A stretch of DNA of 64,000 nt from contig NC_045696.1 in the NCBI RefSeq assembly GCF_009834535.1, positions 51,400,001 to 51,464,000 on the forward strand, read 5' to 3'. Below, in pieces: positions 62,530 to 64,000 of this stretch. Below the pieces are notes generated by a model. It was given only the letters and a program-made list of their open reading frames with translations. It had not been told where the DNA came from and ran no database searches. The position numbers were made by a program, and so were the translations under genes. This stretch comes from Camelus ferus (taxonomy: Eukaryota). The stretch's first letter is position 1, and every line of letters starts with the position of its first letter.

Positions 62530-64000
62530 CTGTGAAAATAAGCAGAAAGAAAATCACCCATTTTTGCCTCTAAGGTGAAATCACTTGTATGCTGCTCTTC
62601 CAGCTTCCCTATTAGACCTTACTGCATGTTTCATAGCTGCTTTTGAATGCATCGTTTTCTCTAGAGGATTTGGGAGGGACCCTAACTGAGTGTTGCTTGG
62701 GTCAGCCCTTCAGAGGCTCTGTCCTTGGTGCTGAAAGAGAGTTGTGGCAGGCAGAAGCAGGATCCGTTTTCTACCTCGCTCTCCTCTCTTCCCTCTGCCT
62801 CTATGTGCTCGGTGCTATGCTTTTTAGTACATGTGTGTTTCCCCTTCAGTGCTCTTTTGAATCCCAGTTTTTCCATTGTCTTTACTTCTATACTTTAATT
62901 TCTCTTGAATAATTTTCACCTTCCTCAGTTTAATTCTCATTCCGGCTTTTGGTGGGTGTAAAGATGATTGGTATAGAAGAAGGAACAGATCAACAAATTG
63001 ATACAAGTGGTTAATAGAAATCAGTACAATTTAAAACACAATTGACAGAGTAATTGAACTTGGAGGTGTAAGCCTGTCTTGGAAAGTAACGTTAAAGGAA
63101 ATATATTACAGTGGGTGCAAAACTGAGGCATGAAGTATAACTAGTGATAAAGATGAAATAAGCTTGATACTGTGAGAAATGTTAAAGGTTTATTTAACAG
63201 GACTCCTTGTTTTCAGAGAACTTTACAAAAATATTGGCCAATTCATTCTTACTGCTCCTCTGAGATACATGCGAGTATTATTTCTTCATTTAACTTTAGA
63301 CCTGGCTAAAGGGAGATGCAATGAAGGGCAATGTCTGTGAAAGTCAGTCTCTGAGGCAACAGTAGAATTTAGACAATCTTCATTCATGGGCACCTTCTCT
63401 TATAATATTTAACCATAGAATCCTAACTATTCCCTACTCTCTTGTTTTTGATTTCTTCTCCTTCCTTCAGAAAGTGTGGTAATTCTTTCACCACTTTCTC
63501 TGCCAGTAGTCCATTTGCTTGGCAGCTGCAGGGCAGACTGTCCTGGGGAAGCTAGTCCTAGTCTGACAATGATGGAGACCTCTTCTGGCTGAGAAAAGCA
63601 GCAGCAACATGGTCTAAATACTGCTATTAATAACAGCTATCATTTATTGAGCACATTCTATTAGCCAGTCATTTTAACGCATTCTCTCTTTTAATCTTTC
63701 AACAACCCTAAAAGGTAGGTACTGCTTTTACATCTATAATTTATATATAGGATAATAGAAGCTTAGAGAAGTTGAAATTATTTCTGAAAGTCACACAGCT
63801 AACAAGTAGTTAGCTAGAGCCAGAATTTGGATCTAGACATCTTAATTCTGGAGCATGTTCTCTTAACTGCTATGCTACATTTCTCCCAAAGGTGGAAAAC
63901 ATAGATTTCCTGGGAGACTGACAATATGTCATAGAGAGTAAGAGTTATGATGACAAAAATGATGATATCAATGATACAATATTGTTATGGTGACTTACAA

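Noticed and set aside
1..64000. CRISPR arrays, operons or other prokaryotic/viral systems, or an intact retroviral or L1 ORF
   Set aside because: There is no repeat-spacer periodicity or gene-dense segment; the DNA is typical mammalian and all TE coding remnants are disrupted.

Overview
Mammalian genomic DNA, most likely camelid: it has a Vic-1-type tRNA-derived SINE, and I saw no Alu, B1, BovB or PRE-1. The window holds one complete protein-coding gene, DRD3 (dopamine D3 receptor), on the minus strand. Its CDS runs from ATG 55743 to TGA 22288, with a non-coding 5' exon near 62410-62529. All introns are GT-AG. The six human-equivalent coding exons (270/113/143/197/283/197 nt) give 400 aa. An intact 78-nt cassette exon (26790-26867) and an acceptor 63 nt further upstream (23982) restore the long, rodent-type third intracellular loop (447 aa). 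The rest is intronic or intergenic DNA rich in L1, L2, L3, MIR, MaLR/ERVL and hAT elements. Notable observations: a decayed 141-bp copy of the first coding exon inside a MIR about 1.5 kb upstream; a 5'UTR ATG opening a 334-381 codon overlapping frame; loss of the N97 sequon, an S145G change and loss of the human exitron/D3nf splice dinucleotides; and an intronic CpG island with a CTCF-like site and an antisense donor. Repeat subfamily names and human/rat comparisons are from memory and were not database-checked.
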